Positions 40,358 to 49,804 of a stretch of 64,000 nt of DNA are shown one piece after another; position 1 is the first letter of the stretch; every line of letters starts with the position of its first letter. Origin of the DNA: Candidatus Bathyarchaeota archaeon (GTDB lineage Archaea > Thermoproteota > Bathyarchaeia > Bathyarchaeales > Bathycorpusculaceae); assembly GCA_963833575.1 (NCBI GenBank), contig CAWHXY010000004.1, positions 480,001 to 544,000 of the forward strand. The letters run 5' to 3'. The position numbers and the translations under genes were made by a program. Under the pieces are notes generated by a model that worked only from the letters and a program-made list of their open reading frames with translations, did no database searches and had not been told where the DNA came from.

Positions 40358-41541
40358 TATAATTTCAACTCCTTAGGTGTCAATGGTGACATTGCCCTTA
40401 ATCGATTAATTATACTAGGCATCAAGCCTATAACATATTCGACATCTTCCAAAGTGTTTTCCCTGCCCAAAGAAAACATTATTGATCCATGAGCTTCTTC
40501 GTGTTTTAGTCCAGTTGCAAGTAATACATGTGAGGGTTCTAAGGTCTTTGATGCGCATGCAGAGCCAGAGGACACTGAGACCCCGTTCATTTCTAAGCTA
40601 AGCAGCATGGATTCCCCTTCTATGAAGCTGTATCTGACTGATACATTGTCGGGAACTCGATTAGTTGGGTGACCGTTTAGGAATGTGTAGGGAAGTGGTT
40701 TGAGTAAACCTTCTATTAGTCTATCTCTTAGTTTAGTCAAATGTTCGATGTTGGTTTGCATTTCTTTTTTAGCTATTTCTGCTGCTTTCCCAAATGCTAC
40801 AATGCTAGGTATGTTTTCGGTTCCAGATCGGAGACCTTTTTCTTGTCCTCCACCATGAAGCAGAGGCTCTATGCGTACTCCATCTTTCATATAGAGTGCT
40901 CCAACGCCTTTGGGGCCATACATGTCATTTGAGGAAATAGTGAGAAGATCAATACCTAAGGCTTGTACGTCAATTGGGATTTGACCAGCCGCGACTGTTG
41001 CGTCCACGTGTAAGATAGCGTTTGTGGTGTGTACTATTTTGCTTATCTCTTGAATGGGTTCAATTGTGCCTATCTCTCCATTAACGAATACAATGGATAC
41101 AAGGGTTGTTTTGTCGTTTAATTCCCTTTTTAGGCTGGCTAAGTCTAAAGTGCCAAATTTATCCACGGGAAGAAAGACCGCTTCAAAGCCTTTTGTTGTC
41201 AAAAATTTTATTGGGTTAACTACAGACATGTGTTCTACGCTTGAGGTTATGATTTTTGTTCCCTTGTCTTTGCTGCGGTTGGCAACTCCTTTAATTGCCA
41301 AGTTGTTGCTTTCGGTTGCGCCAGATGTAAAAATTATTGATTCAGCTTTTTCAGCATTAATCAAATTTGCAACTTTAACTCTTGCTTCATCAAGTGCACG
41401 CTTTGCTTCTTGACCAGAAACATGTAGCGATGAGGGGTTGCCGTATGATGTTTTCATAAAAGGCAGCATTGCTTCTATTGCTCGGGGGTCAACGGGTTTT
41501 CCCGATGCGTAATCCATATTTACTTTTTTTGTTTTTGACAT
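40357..41541 (-). CDS. iscS: cysteine desulfurase
   Basis: YGNPSSLH, FTSGATE, GGGQE.GLRSGTEN, SSGSAC; PLP-site motif reads SSNDMYGPKG. Confidence 0.9.
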   Translation of the reverse strand: MSKTKKVNMDYASGKPVDPRAIEAMLPFMKTSYGNPSSLHVSGQEAKRALDEARVKVANLINAEKAESIIFTSGATESNNLAIKGVANRSKDKGTKIITSSVEHMSVVNPIKFLTTKGFEAVFLPVDKFGTLDLASLKRELNDKTTLVSIVFVNGEIGTIEPIQEISKIVHTTNAILHVDATVAAGQIPIDVQALGIDLLTISSNDMYGPKGVGALYMKDGVRIEPLLHGGGQEKGLRSGTENIPSIVAFGKAAEIAKKEMQTNIEHLTKLRDRLIEGLLKPLPYTFLNGHPTNRVPDNVSVRYSFIEGESMLLSLEMNGVSVSSGSACASKTLEPSHVLLATGLKHEEAHGSIMFSLGRENTLEDVEYVIGLMPSIINRLRAMSPLTPKELKL

Positions 41542-41651
41542 TTCTCTTCACTTTAATAATAAAATTATTTTGTTCTCAAAACTTGGATGGAAAGAATTAA
41601 TGGTAAACTGTTTCCTAAGGATCCTTCTTTGGTTTTCTCACTGTTAAACTT

Positions 41652-41888
41652 TTACTTTATTTTCTTGATAACTATCCGAGTTGCATTGCCCTCTTTGTTG
41701 CTGCTAACTATTTCCTGACCTAAATTCTTCACGAGGCTGCGTATATCTGAATCAGCAGCGGGATCATCAGCAACAACTTCTAATGTCTCACCTATCGCTA
41801 ACTCGTCCAAAGCTAATCTCGTCTGGAATACTGGTTCGGGACAATATAATCCCAAACAATCAAGTTTTTTGTCTATTTTGGCAGTCAT
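41652..41888 (-). CDS. tusA: TusA sulfur carrier
   Basis: LDCLGLYCPEP, LEVVADDP. Confidence 0.9.
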   Translation of the reverse strand: MTAKIDKKLDCLGLYCPEPVFQTRLALDELAIGETLEVVADDPAADSDIRSLVKNLGQEIVSSNKEGNATRIVIKKIK

Positions 41889-41930
41889 TAAATCCACTCT
41901 AAACATATCTACGAGCTGCTTTGTTTCTTT

Positions 41931-42293
41931 CTAAAACCACATGGTAGCATTTGCGCTTAGTACTAAGTCGTTTAATGTCGCGGCGCCTACAATTTTCACT
42001 CCCGGAATTAAGGTTACGGTATCCCATCCAAGCATCCGTTTAGACGCTTCACATACGTTGATTTCAATTCCCATTTGAAGAGTTTCTTGAATCATTTCTG
42101 CAACAGTAGGGAAAGATCCTAGCTTTATTTTCTCAGCTGCACCCGGAAGCAATATTCTGAGTCCTTGACCTAGAAAATACACTTTTGGGTTTAAGTCCAT
42201 AGCTTTGGCAGTTTGAGCTAAAACCAAAGGAGAGTATTGTCTTTCAGGATTGTCACTGGTTTGAACATATAAAATAAATTTTTCATCTTTCAC
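41931..42293 (-). CDS. DsrE family protein
   Basis: VYFLGQG, INVCEAS, LIPGVKIVGAAT. Confidence 0.8.
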   Translation of the reverse strand: MKDEKFILYVQTSDNPERQYSPLVLAQTAKAMDLNPKVYFLGQGLRILLPGAAEKIKLGSFPTVAEMIQETLQMGIEINVCEASKRMLGWDTVTLIPGVKIVGAATLNDLVLSANATMWF

Positions 42294-42368
42294 AAAAATC
42301 GCTCTCTATTTTTCTGCTACAGTATTCATAATGCGTGCTTTGCTTTAAACATAATTATTTTAAGTGAT

Positions 42369-43097
42369 TCATTTGGGATGACCAACTACGGTAAGGTAGA
42401 TTACGCTTTCTTCTGCTCCGTCTAAGCCTAAGGTTGAGTTAATTTCGTCGTCAAAGAAAGCTCCGATTTGGCAGGACCCACAGCTGATACTTACTGTTGC
42501 TAACGCCAGATTCTGGGCAATGTGCCCAGCATCCAAGTAAACATATCTGTATGCTCTTTGTGAGTATTTCCATTTTGACCTGTTAAATATTGCTGTCCAG
42601 ATGAAAACCACAGGTGCAATTGCACATATCGTTTGGTCTAAGGCTGCGTGAGCTATGACGTCACCAAAATTTCCAGTCTTAACTTCTTCAAGCGAATGAT
42701 CTTTTATGTTGTAATGGTAAATGCCATTATCCAATTCTTCGACGTTATTTACAGCAACGTATGTCTCGATGGGGTATAACGCGCCGGCTGAAGGAGCATT
42801 ACGAAACTCGTAGCCATGTTCTATTCTTTGGATACCTGTAGACGCCCAAAGCAGAAAAGACAAATCTAATTTGCTCAATGGTTGAGGTGAGAAGGCGCGA
42901 GTACTTCTGCGTTTTTTTAGAGTATCGGTGAATGTAGTAGTTGTCTCTTTTAACTCGCTTGGCAACTTTACTGTTTTGCAGTGTGGATAGCTCTTGTAAG
43001 TTTCTGGTTTCTTCGACCAATCCAAGTTGCCACCAAAACCTTGGTTTCGAATGTATTTAGTCTCTTTCTGGAAATCGTCTCCAACGGGTGCTCCCAT
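42369..43097 (-). CDS. SagB/ThcOx-type nitroreductase family protein
   Basis: RRSTRAF, LLWA, PSAGALYPIE, YLDAGHIAQN, GAFFD. Confidence 0.9.
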   Translation of the reverse strand: MGAPVGDDFQKETKYIRNQGFGGNLDWSKKPETYKSYPHCKTVKLPSELKETTTTFTDTLKKRRSTRAFSPQPLSKLDLSFLLWASTGIQRIEHGYEFRNAPSAGALYPIETYVAVNNVEELDNGIYHYNIKDHSLEEVKTGNFGDVIAHAALDQTICAIAPVVFIWTAIFNRSKWKYSQRAYRYVYLDAGHIAQNLALATVSISCGSCQIGAFFDDEINSTLGLDGAEESVIYLTVVGHPK

Positions 43098-43346
43098 AAT
43101 TTAGCCTCTTTTTGAATTAATCCTATGCTGAGCTGGAACCAGTTTATTCAATACAAATGACGTCAAATAATTCGCCAATTATCTCTGTATGTAAAGTAAT
43201 ATTTAATCGAATTGCTTTCAACGCATTTATTTGATTTTATCTTTGATCGAGCAGTGATCACGAAAGTAAAATACCAAATTTTTCGAGGTTAACACCTTGC
43301 CTTCCTAGTGGAAAGCTGTTATATTCTTTTCTGACACATTGAATTT

Positions 43347-43898
43347 ATGAACCCTATTGAAAAAAATAGCAAAGCCAATTTTATTGTCAGAGACCTCAAG
43401 CCAGAGGACTTTGAAGAAGTCATTGATAACTACTACAGTATTTATGACGAAGTAAAACAAAATCCTTGGGCTGTTGGAATCTTGCTTTTTGAGAAAAAGC
43501 CTTCGCTTAAGGATGAACGCAAATGGTTCAAAGAAGCGCTTGAAAAAACAAGAAAAGGCGATGGATTCGCGCTAGTCGCTGAAGTCAATGGCAAAGTAAT
43601 TGGAATGTGCGAAGTGAGGAACAAGACACCTCAACAAGAGCAGAAGCACATTGGCAATGTCGGAATATACACAAGAGAAGGATACAGGTCGATGGGAATT
43701 GGAAGTGCACTTCTCAGCGAATTGATCAACAGAGCTAAAACAAAATACAAAAGCCTGATTTTGACAGTTTTTATTAGCAATCAACCTGCAAAAAATCTCT
43801 ATAAGAAATTTGGCTTTGTTGAATACGGCATTTTGCCCGAAGGGATATTAAGGAGTGGGAAGTATGCAGATGAAATTTACATGTATCTGAAGCTTTAG
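43347..43898 (+). CDS. GNAT acetyltransferase
   Basis: YRSMGIGSALL, N.PA.NLYKKFGF. Confidence 0.9.
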   Translation: MNPIEKNSKANFIVRDLKPEDFEEVIDNYYSIYDEVKQNPWAVGILLFEKKPSLKDERKWFKEALEKTRKGDGFALVAEVNGKVIGMCEVRNKTPQQEQKHIGNVGIYTREGYRSMGIGSALLSELINRAKTKYKSLILTVFISNQPAKNLYKKFGFVEYGILPEGILRSGKYADEIYMYLKL

Positions 43899-43942
43899 AA
43901 TCGAATATAACAGCTCGAGCAAAAGTGGAGTGTATACTGGTT

Positions 43943-45799
43943 TTAAATAAGGTAGGCTTCCGTGATGTATCTTCGCACTACCCATTGTGTCTGGAAGTAG
44001 TAGGCTATTTTTGCGATTGAGTTCTTCATTAGAGTTATCCAAGCGTCTTTTTGACTGTAAAAAGCTGGAGCGATCAGGTATTCGAGTTTGCTATATAGGT
44101 CTTGGATTTCTGCTTCTCTTCTTTGGCTTTCTGTTAATAGTGTTGTCGGATGAGGACCTATTGCCCAACCGGTAACACCTTCGATGCAACCTTCCATCCA
44201 CCAACCATCCAGTACGCTGAAGTTAATGACGCCATTGTGGGCGGCTTTCATTCCGCTCGTTCCTGAGGCCTCCAGAGGCGGCAAAGGTGTATTGAGCCAG
44301 ACGTCGACGCCTGAGGTGAGTTTGGCTGCGGTATCCATGTTGTAGTTTTCTATATAAACGACGCTGATTTGATCTTTCAGTTTATTTGCGTAATCATGGA
44401 TTTGTTTTATGAGGGATTTGCCGTCTGTGTCTCGTGGGTGTGCTTTCCCAGCAAATATCATTTGGATTTTTGCTTTTCGATTAATGTCCGTTAACCTGTG
44501 AAGGTCAGAGAAGATTAGGGTTGCACGTTTGTAACCTGTGGCTCGTCTAGCAAAACCTATTGTCAAAGCCTGTGGGTCCAATGTTACTCCGCTTGCTTTT
44601 TCCACGAAAGTTAGTAAGTCTGTTTTTGCTTTAGTGTGAGCGTCCCAAACTTCTCTGTTGGGAATTTCACTAGCTTTTGCTAAAAGTATGGGTTCGTTTG
44701 TCCAACCTGGGATGTATTTGTCGAAAAGTTGCCTGAAATGCAGGCTTGTCCAAGTAAAGGAATGCACCCCGTTCGTGACGGCTCGGATGTAGCGACCTGG
44801 AAAAAGTTTTCGGGAATAATCCACATGTGCCAGAGAAACGCCATTTATGTACTTGCTTAAGTTTAGTGCTAGATAGGCCATGTTTAGGTTTTCTGTTCCC
44901 GCGTATAGTTTCATGTCAGCCAGCGGGTAAATGTTGTCTAGAACTTGTTGGACAAGGTCATATGGAAACTGATCAAACGCAGCTTCTACCGGGCTGTGTG
45001 TAGTGAAAACGCAGAGGTTTTTGACTTTCTCTGCGTCCATGCCGTTTTCTTTCAGCAGTTCAAGTGTTAAAAGACTTGAGTGTCCTTCATTCATGTGATA
45101 CTTTCTGATTTTGAAGGGAAGGCTTTTCAGGATTTTAGTGCCGCCTATGCCCAGAACAATTTCTTGTTTCAGTCTGTAGGTTTTGTCTCCACCGTACAAG
45201 AAATCTGTGATTCTTCTGTCTTCGGGAGTGTTACCTTCCACATCTGTGTCTAGAAAGAGTATTGGCACCATTCCGCCCGTGATGCTCTGGTACTCATAGA
45301 GCCAAGCTTGCACTTTAACTAAGCGTCCTTCGATGGTTACTGTGACTGTGCTGGGCATACGAGTCAACGTTTTAGCTGGATCCCATTCTTCAGTTAACTC
45401 AATTTGCTCGCCTTGCTCAGTTATTTTTTGCATGAAGTAGCCTTTTCTACTTACAAGTGTGATGGCAACCATTTGGAGCCGAAGATCTGCACTGGATTTA
45501 ACAATGTCACCAGCCAAGACACCTAAGCCACCACTATAAGTGGGCATTTTGCTGATTACACCTATTTCCATCGAAAAGTAGGCGATTCTGGGGTCTTCAT
45601 GGAAGTGACCCCGGCAGTTCTCGCTGCAAAAACAGTATTTTTTACCACCGAAACTATCAGATGTTACTTCGATGCTTGTTGCCAGGTTCTCTGGATCGAT
45701 TTGGATTCCGCAAACTGGACATCTTAAAGAGACTGGCAAACTGGTACCACTTAGAGAAGAGCCTTCTCCGCCAACTGATATATGTGTATTGCTGTACAT
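43943..45799 (-). CDS. glgP: alpha-glucan phosphorylase with N-terminal YHS/TRASH domain
   Basis: CPVCG...GKKYCFCSENC, then IAYFSMEIG, YSGGLGVLAGD, NEGH, FARR..YKR, EASGTSGMKA. Confidence 0.9.
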   Translation of the reverse strand: MYSNTHISVGGEGSSLSGTSLPVSLRCPVCGIQIDPENLATSIEVTSDSFGGKKYCFCSENCRGHFHEDPRIAYFSMEIGVISKMPTYSGGLGVLAGDIVKSSADLRLQMVAITLVSRKGYFMQKITEQGEQIELTEEWDPAKTLTRMPSTVTVTIEGRLVKVQAWLYEYQSITGGMVPILFLDTDVEGNTPEDRRITDFLYGGDKTYRLKQEIVLGIGGTKILKSLPFKIRKYHMNEGHSSLLTLELLKENGMDAEKVKNLCVFTTHSPVEAAFDQFPYDLVQQVLDNIYPLADMKLYAGTENLNMAYLALNLSKYINGVSLAHVDYSRKLFPGRYIRAVTNGVHSFTWTSLHFRQLFDKYIPGWTNEPILLAKASEIPNREVWDAHTKAKTDLLTFVEKASGVTLDPQALTIGFARRATGYKRATLIFSDLHRLTDINRKAKIQMIFAGKAHPRDTDGKSLIKQIHDYANKLKDQISVVYIENYNMDTAAKLTSGVDVWLNTPLPPLEASGTSGMKAAHNGVINFSVLDGWWMEGCIEGVTGWAIGPHPTTLLTESQRREAEIQDLYSKLEYLIAPAFYSQKDAWITLMKNSIAKIAYYFQTQWVVRRYITEAYLI

Positions 45800-45883
45800 G
45801 GGCGAACACTCAAAGCCCCGCCTTAAACTAGAATTGTCCCAGATACTTCAAATCAATATTTTTGACAGTAAGTAGGCAAATGT

Positions 45884-46342
45884 TTATCCTATTTTGGATG
45901 TTCCTGGTTGAGTAAATGGTTCAGTCATACCGACGAGAAGTTTGCCGAAAGTGTTAATGTGAGTTTCTTCTTCAGCCAAAATTTCCTCCAACATACGCCT
46001 GGTTGTGTAATCGCCTTCCATTGCCGCAATCTGAATTGCCTGCTTGTAGAGGCTAATAGCTCTTTCTTCATCCTGCTCGTCTTGCTCAAGCATTTCTATA
46101 AGGCTACCCATCACGAAAATAGGATCAGGCTTTGTTGAAGGTACACCGTTGAGATAATCAAGGCGTTCCGCAAGACGTTCAGCATGCTTCATTTCAGCTA
46201 TAGCCGTCTTACGGAAAATATCTTCCACCGTAACACCATCCATTCCTGTGACCTGCACATGTTGCCACATATACTGAATGCTAACTTGAAGTTCACGCGC
46301 AATGGCATTGTTTAAGAATTCTAAAAGTTTTTGAGAAGCCAA
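45884..46342 (-). CDS. bacterioferritin/ferritin-like protein
   Basis: AIAREL....QY, EMKHAE, E.AI..Y, EEETH ferroxidase ligands. Confidence 0.88.
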   Translation of the reverse strand: MASQKLLEFLNNAIARELQVSIQYMWQHVQVTGMDGVTVEDIFRKTAIAEMKHAERLAERLDYLNGVPSTKPDPIFVMGSLIEMLEQDEQDEERAISLYKQAIQIAAMEGDYTTRRMLEEILAEEETHINTFGKLLVGMTEPFTQPGTSKIG

Positions 46343-46535
46343 AATTAATCCCTATAAAAAAGAGGGTTAGTTGATATATAAATTAAGCTCTAGCTTAAGC
46401 GTCATCTATTTTTCTCGTCCATTTAATTCTTCAAGGCAAATTCAGGAAAATGCTGGAAACAAAATTCTAATATTAACCGAGTGCAATTCATAAATCCAAA
46501 CAGCTTAAATCGAGCTGAAGAATAGCAAAAGATGC

Positions 46536-46610
46536 GGGCCGATCGTCTAGCCTGGTTAGGACGTTGGCTTTACACGCCAAAGGTCGCCGGTTCAACTCCG
46601 GCTCGGCCCA
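46536..46610 (+). tRNA. tRNA-Val(TAC)
   Basis: GGGCCGA...TTGGC-TT-TAC-AC-GCCAA...GGTTCAACTCC...TCGGCCC-A. Confidence 0.95.
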
Positions 46611-46660
46611 CTTTAATTTCCCAAAAGCAGCTTGATTTAACGATTTTTGCTTGCTAATTG

Positions 46661-47179
46661 TTAGTGCTGGCTTGTAACTATGTTTGTGTGGAAATTGAAA
46701 TCTGAAATTCCATATATTGATGCATTGACTATTAGGGTTATTTCTGTGGGAATAACTTCGTTTACGTTAAGGACTTGGCCAGAGTAATTCCAATTTAGAG
46801 ATATGTAGTCTGCTGAGGCTGATGGATTCCAATTTGACGTTTCTAACGTTAACATGACTGGGAAACTGCATTCGTTTCTAACATAAGTCGTTAAAGTTTT
46901 GTTCGATCCTGGGTTTATCTGTCCAAATTCAAACGCCAAAGTTGTGTTTGTACATGCTTGGTCCCAGTAAATCCCCACTCCAGTGCCTTTTACATAATCT
47001 GCTCGAACGAAACTTTTGAACGAACCAAAACCTCCCGTAATTGTTGCGAGAACAACTATGGTTAATAGGCATAATGTTGCCGACAAAACTTTGCTGTTGC
47101 ACTTTTTGAATATTTGGAAAGTGGAAATGAACCGACGATTTGTTTGTTTTTTACCCGGCATTTCAGACACTTCGTTCAT
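46661..47179 (-). CDS. exported hypothetical protein
   Basis: Hydrophobic segment followed by GVGIYWD..CT and NWNP..A..YISL.WNY; start uncertain. Confidence 0.65.
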   Translation of the reverse strand: MNEVSEMPGKKQTNRRFISTFQIFKKCNSKVLSATLCLLTIVVLATITGGFGSFKSFVRADYVKGTGVGIYWDQACTNTTLAFEFGQINPGSNKTLTTYVRNECSFPVMLTLETSNWNPSASADYISLNWNYSGQVLNVNEVIPTEITLIVNASIYGISDFNFHTNIVTSQH

Positions 47180-47377
47180 TATTCATTAATATACAATATA
47201 TTGAGTCTTGAGATAAATAATGATGTGATTGTGATGACACAACTACAACCACATTCCGAAAAGTCAAAACTTGAATTACCGCGTTCAAATTTTTGATTGA
47301 AGAAACGATCAAACAATAATTTCAAATGTTTACAATATGTCCACATTAATAGCGAAATAAAAAAAGAAAATTAGGTG

Positions 47378-48655
47378 TTAGCGTCGTCTTCTGATCACAA
47401 CAACAGCCACAGCGATTACCACAACTAACACGGCTATGATAATCACATAAACATAGACAGGTAAGGCATTTCCGCTTGAAGTACCAGTTGAGCTAGCGTT
47501 TTGACCGATTGCATAAACGTTACCATCGTAAGAGCCAAAGTAAGCAACCCCGTTAGCGACTGCAGGTGACGAATAAGTGTTACCTCCCGTTTGGAAACTC
47601 CACATAAACGCGCCTGTTTGAGAATTAAGAGCATATGTTGCATTACCTAAAGCAGTAGTAACATAAACTGCATTGCTTGCCACTGCTGGAGCCATCTCTA
47701 CACCTGCATTAGTCGTGTAGGTCCACTTTGATGCACCAGTTGCAGCATCTAAAGCATGAACGTTATAGTCGAAAGCACCACCAGTGTAAATTACACCGTT
47801 TGCAAAAGCTGGGGAAGACTGAATGCATTGGTCGTAACCGACCAAAACCTTCCAGACTAATGTGCCAGTGTTAGCGTTTAATGCGTAAGTTTGGTTGTCA
47901 AAGCTGCCAAAGTATACGTTACCATCAGCAACAACTGGTGAGGATTCTACAACACCACCTGTCGTGAAATTCCACTTTTCAGCCCCTGTTAAAGCATTAA
48001 GTGCATAAAGCGTGTGATCATACGAACCAAAGTAAACTATCCCGTTTGATACAGCTGCAGAAGAGATAACAATGCCGCCAGTAGTAAAATTCCACATCGG
48101 CATTCCACTGATAGCATCTAACGCATAAAGGTGATTGTCGCTTGAACCAACGTAAACCATGTTTCCTGAAACTGTTGGATTAGACTGAACGTCACCGCCT
48201 GTAGTGCATTTCCAAACTTGAGCGCCGGTGGTGGCGTTTAATGCGTAGATATTGTGGTCATCAGATCCTATGTAAACTAAACCGTTTGCTACTGCGGGGG
48301 AACTAAATATTTCGACAGAACTGGGTACACTCCAGATTTTTGCCCCTGTTGTGGCATTTATCGCATAAATGTTATTGTTAGATGAGAATTCGTGGTTTGA
48401 AAGACCGGGGCTTGAAGCGATGTAGACGATTCCATTGGCGACAGCAGGAGAAGACCAGATTTCGCCGCTTGTTTGGAAGACCCAAAGAGTCTGATTGGTG
48501 GTTGGTCCTGATCCAGTTGAGTAACCTGTGTGTGCTGCATCATTATGGAACATTGGCCATGAGCTTTCTTGCTGAGCATCAGTTGTTACTGCAAAAAATG
48601 AAACGAGTGAGAGACATAAAACAGCCAAAATAAATATGCCATAAAATCTTTTCAT
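47378..48655 (-). CDS. PQQ-like (BamB-type) beta-propeller surface protein
   Basis: Signal peptide, WPMFH.D..HTG, about 8 SSP.V.NG.VY.GS.D..YAL.A.TG...W repeats, C-terminal TM + RRRR. Confidence 0.92.
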   Translation of the reverse strand: MKRFYGIFILAVLCLSLVSFFAVTTDAQQESSWPMFHNDAAHTGYSTGSGPTTNQTLWVFQTSGEIWSSPAVANGIVYIASSPGLSNHEFSSNNNIYAINATTGAKIWSVPSSVEIFSSPAVANGLVYIGSDDHNIYALNATTGAQVWKCTTGGDVQSNPTVSGNMVYVGSSDNHLYALDAISGMPMWNFTTGGIVISSAAVSNGIVYFGSYDHTLYALNALTGAEKWNFTTGGVVESSPVVADGNVYFGSFDNQTYALNANTGTLVWKVLVGYDQCIQSSPAFANGVIYTGGAFDYNVHALDAATGASKWTYTTNAGVEMAPAVASNAVYVTTALGNATYALNSQTGAFMWSFQTGGNTYSSPAVANGVAYFGSYDGNVYAIGQNASSTGTSSGNALPVYVYVIIIAVLVVVIAVAVVVIRRRR

Positions 48656-48837
48656 AATTATCTAACCTATTCTATTCTAATAGTATCTTATAAGTCATTT
48701 ACTACGAATATCTGTTGCCCCTAAAATGTTAGGGTTTTCAAGATTGAAACTAAATCCCAAAACAAAACACTATCCAAAGAAACTATGAGAAAGTTTAAGA
48801 AAACCGCGAGTTTTCTATCTCTGGTTGACTTGGAAAG

Positions 48838-49248
48838 ATGAAAAAGAAAGTGTTCATAGCTGGCCCCATCCTAGGCAGGGAAACCAATCAAGGCTACCGC
48901 CAAGAAATCACCGACATTCTCCTACGACAAGGGTTGGATGTAATTGATCCCTGGAAGCGAGAAAAAGTCCTCTATAACGGAGATGAGAGATGTTGGTGGG
49001 ACAAAGTCCCTACATTTGACTTTATCCAAAGGGACCTGGATGATGCTAAATTATGCGATGTAATGGTTGTTTATTTGCCTATTTTGTCGGCTGGAGCATG
49101 CATGGAATTATTTTATGCTAAGCGTAAAGGCAAGAAAATTATCGTAGTATCGGAAATCGAATGTTTAAGTCCATGGATCGTTGCACATTCTGACATAGTT
49201 CTGAAGGATTTTTCCCAACTTGAAGACGCACTGAAAAAAGTTTGTTGA
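48838..49248 (+). CDS. nucleoside 2-deoxyribosyltransferase-like protein
   Basis: VFIAGP, IDP, RDL....CD, SAGACMEL.YA. Confidence 0.8.
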   Translation: MKKKVFIAGPILGRETNQGYRQEITDILLRQGLDVIDPWKREKVLYNGDERCWWDKVPTFDFIQRDLDDAKLCDVMVVYLPILSAGACMELFYAKRKGKKIIVVSEIECLSPWIVAHSDIVLKDFSQLEDALKKVC

Positions 49249-49384
49249 CAAAATAGTATTGAATAGGGGGTAATTCTCAGTCATAAGCAATCTATTGGTG
49301 GGTAGGTGCAGTCACATAATTTTAATAATTATTACCGTTAATAGCTATTGTTTTAGAGTTCGGTTTTGATTGGAGGTGATTGTT

Positions 49385-49537
49385 TTGTACGAAGAGCGTT
49401 CAAAAAAAGATAACATTACTGTTCCTAAGCCTGAAATGACTAAAGACAAGAAGTACAAGTGTCCTCTAGATCAGGCGGTATATGATAACAAAGAGGATTA
49501 TGAGGCGCATTGCAAAGAAGAACATGATGTACTCTAG
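49385..49537 (+). CDS. 50-aa C2H2-like zinc-finger microprotein
   Basis: GGAGGTGA SD, then TTG; MYEERSKK...YKCPLDQAVYDNKEDYEAHCKEEHDVL. Confidence 0.7.
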   Translation: MYEERSKKDNITVPKPEMTKDKKYKCPLDQAVYDNKEDYEAHCKEEHDVL

Positions 49538-49566
49538 ATTACAATGAAAAAGTAAACGCTATAGTT

Positions 49567-49737
49567 TTATCTTATAGCTTCATCTATTTTTTGGTCACGC
49601 TTGGTTCTGGTGACTTCTTTGAAAAGCTCCAAGCACTCTTCTTTTGTCGGTGCTTCAATGCCTATACTGCCATAAGCGCCTATGTCTATCCTGTATTTCC
49701 TATCGCGCCTATCGCGATCATCAACTGGTTGTTCCGT
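49567..49737 (-). CDS. 56-aa hypothetical protein, putative ACG start
   Basis: GAGGGGG-AGAAGTTT-ACG, then EQPVDDRDRRDRKYRIDIGAYGSIGIEAPTKEECLELFKEVTRTKRDQKIDEAIR*; no upstream in-frame ATG/GTG/TTG. Confidence 0.5.
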   Translation of the reverse strand, partial: TEQPVDDRDRRDRKYRIDIGAYGSIGIEAPTKEECLELFKEVTRTKRDQKIDEAIR

Positions 49738-49804
49738 AAACTTCTCCCCCTCTCTTATTATCTCTATTCGGATAATGATTATGGTATCTAATAATGTACA
49801 ATAT

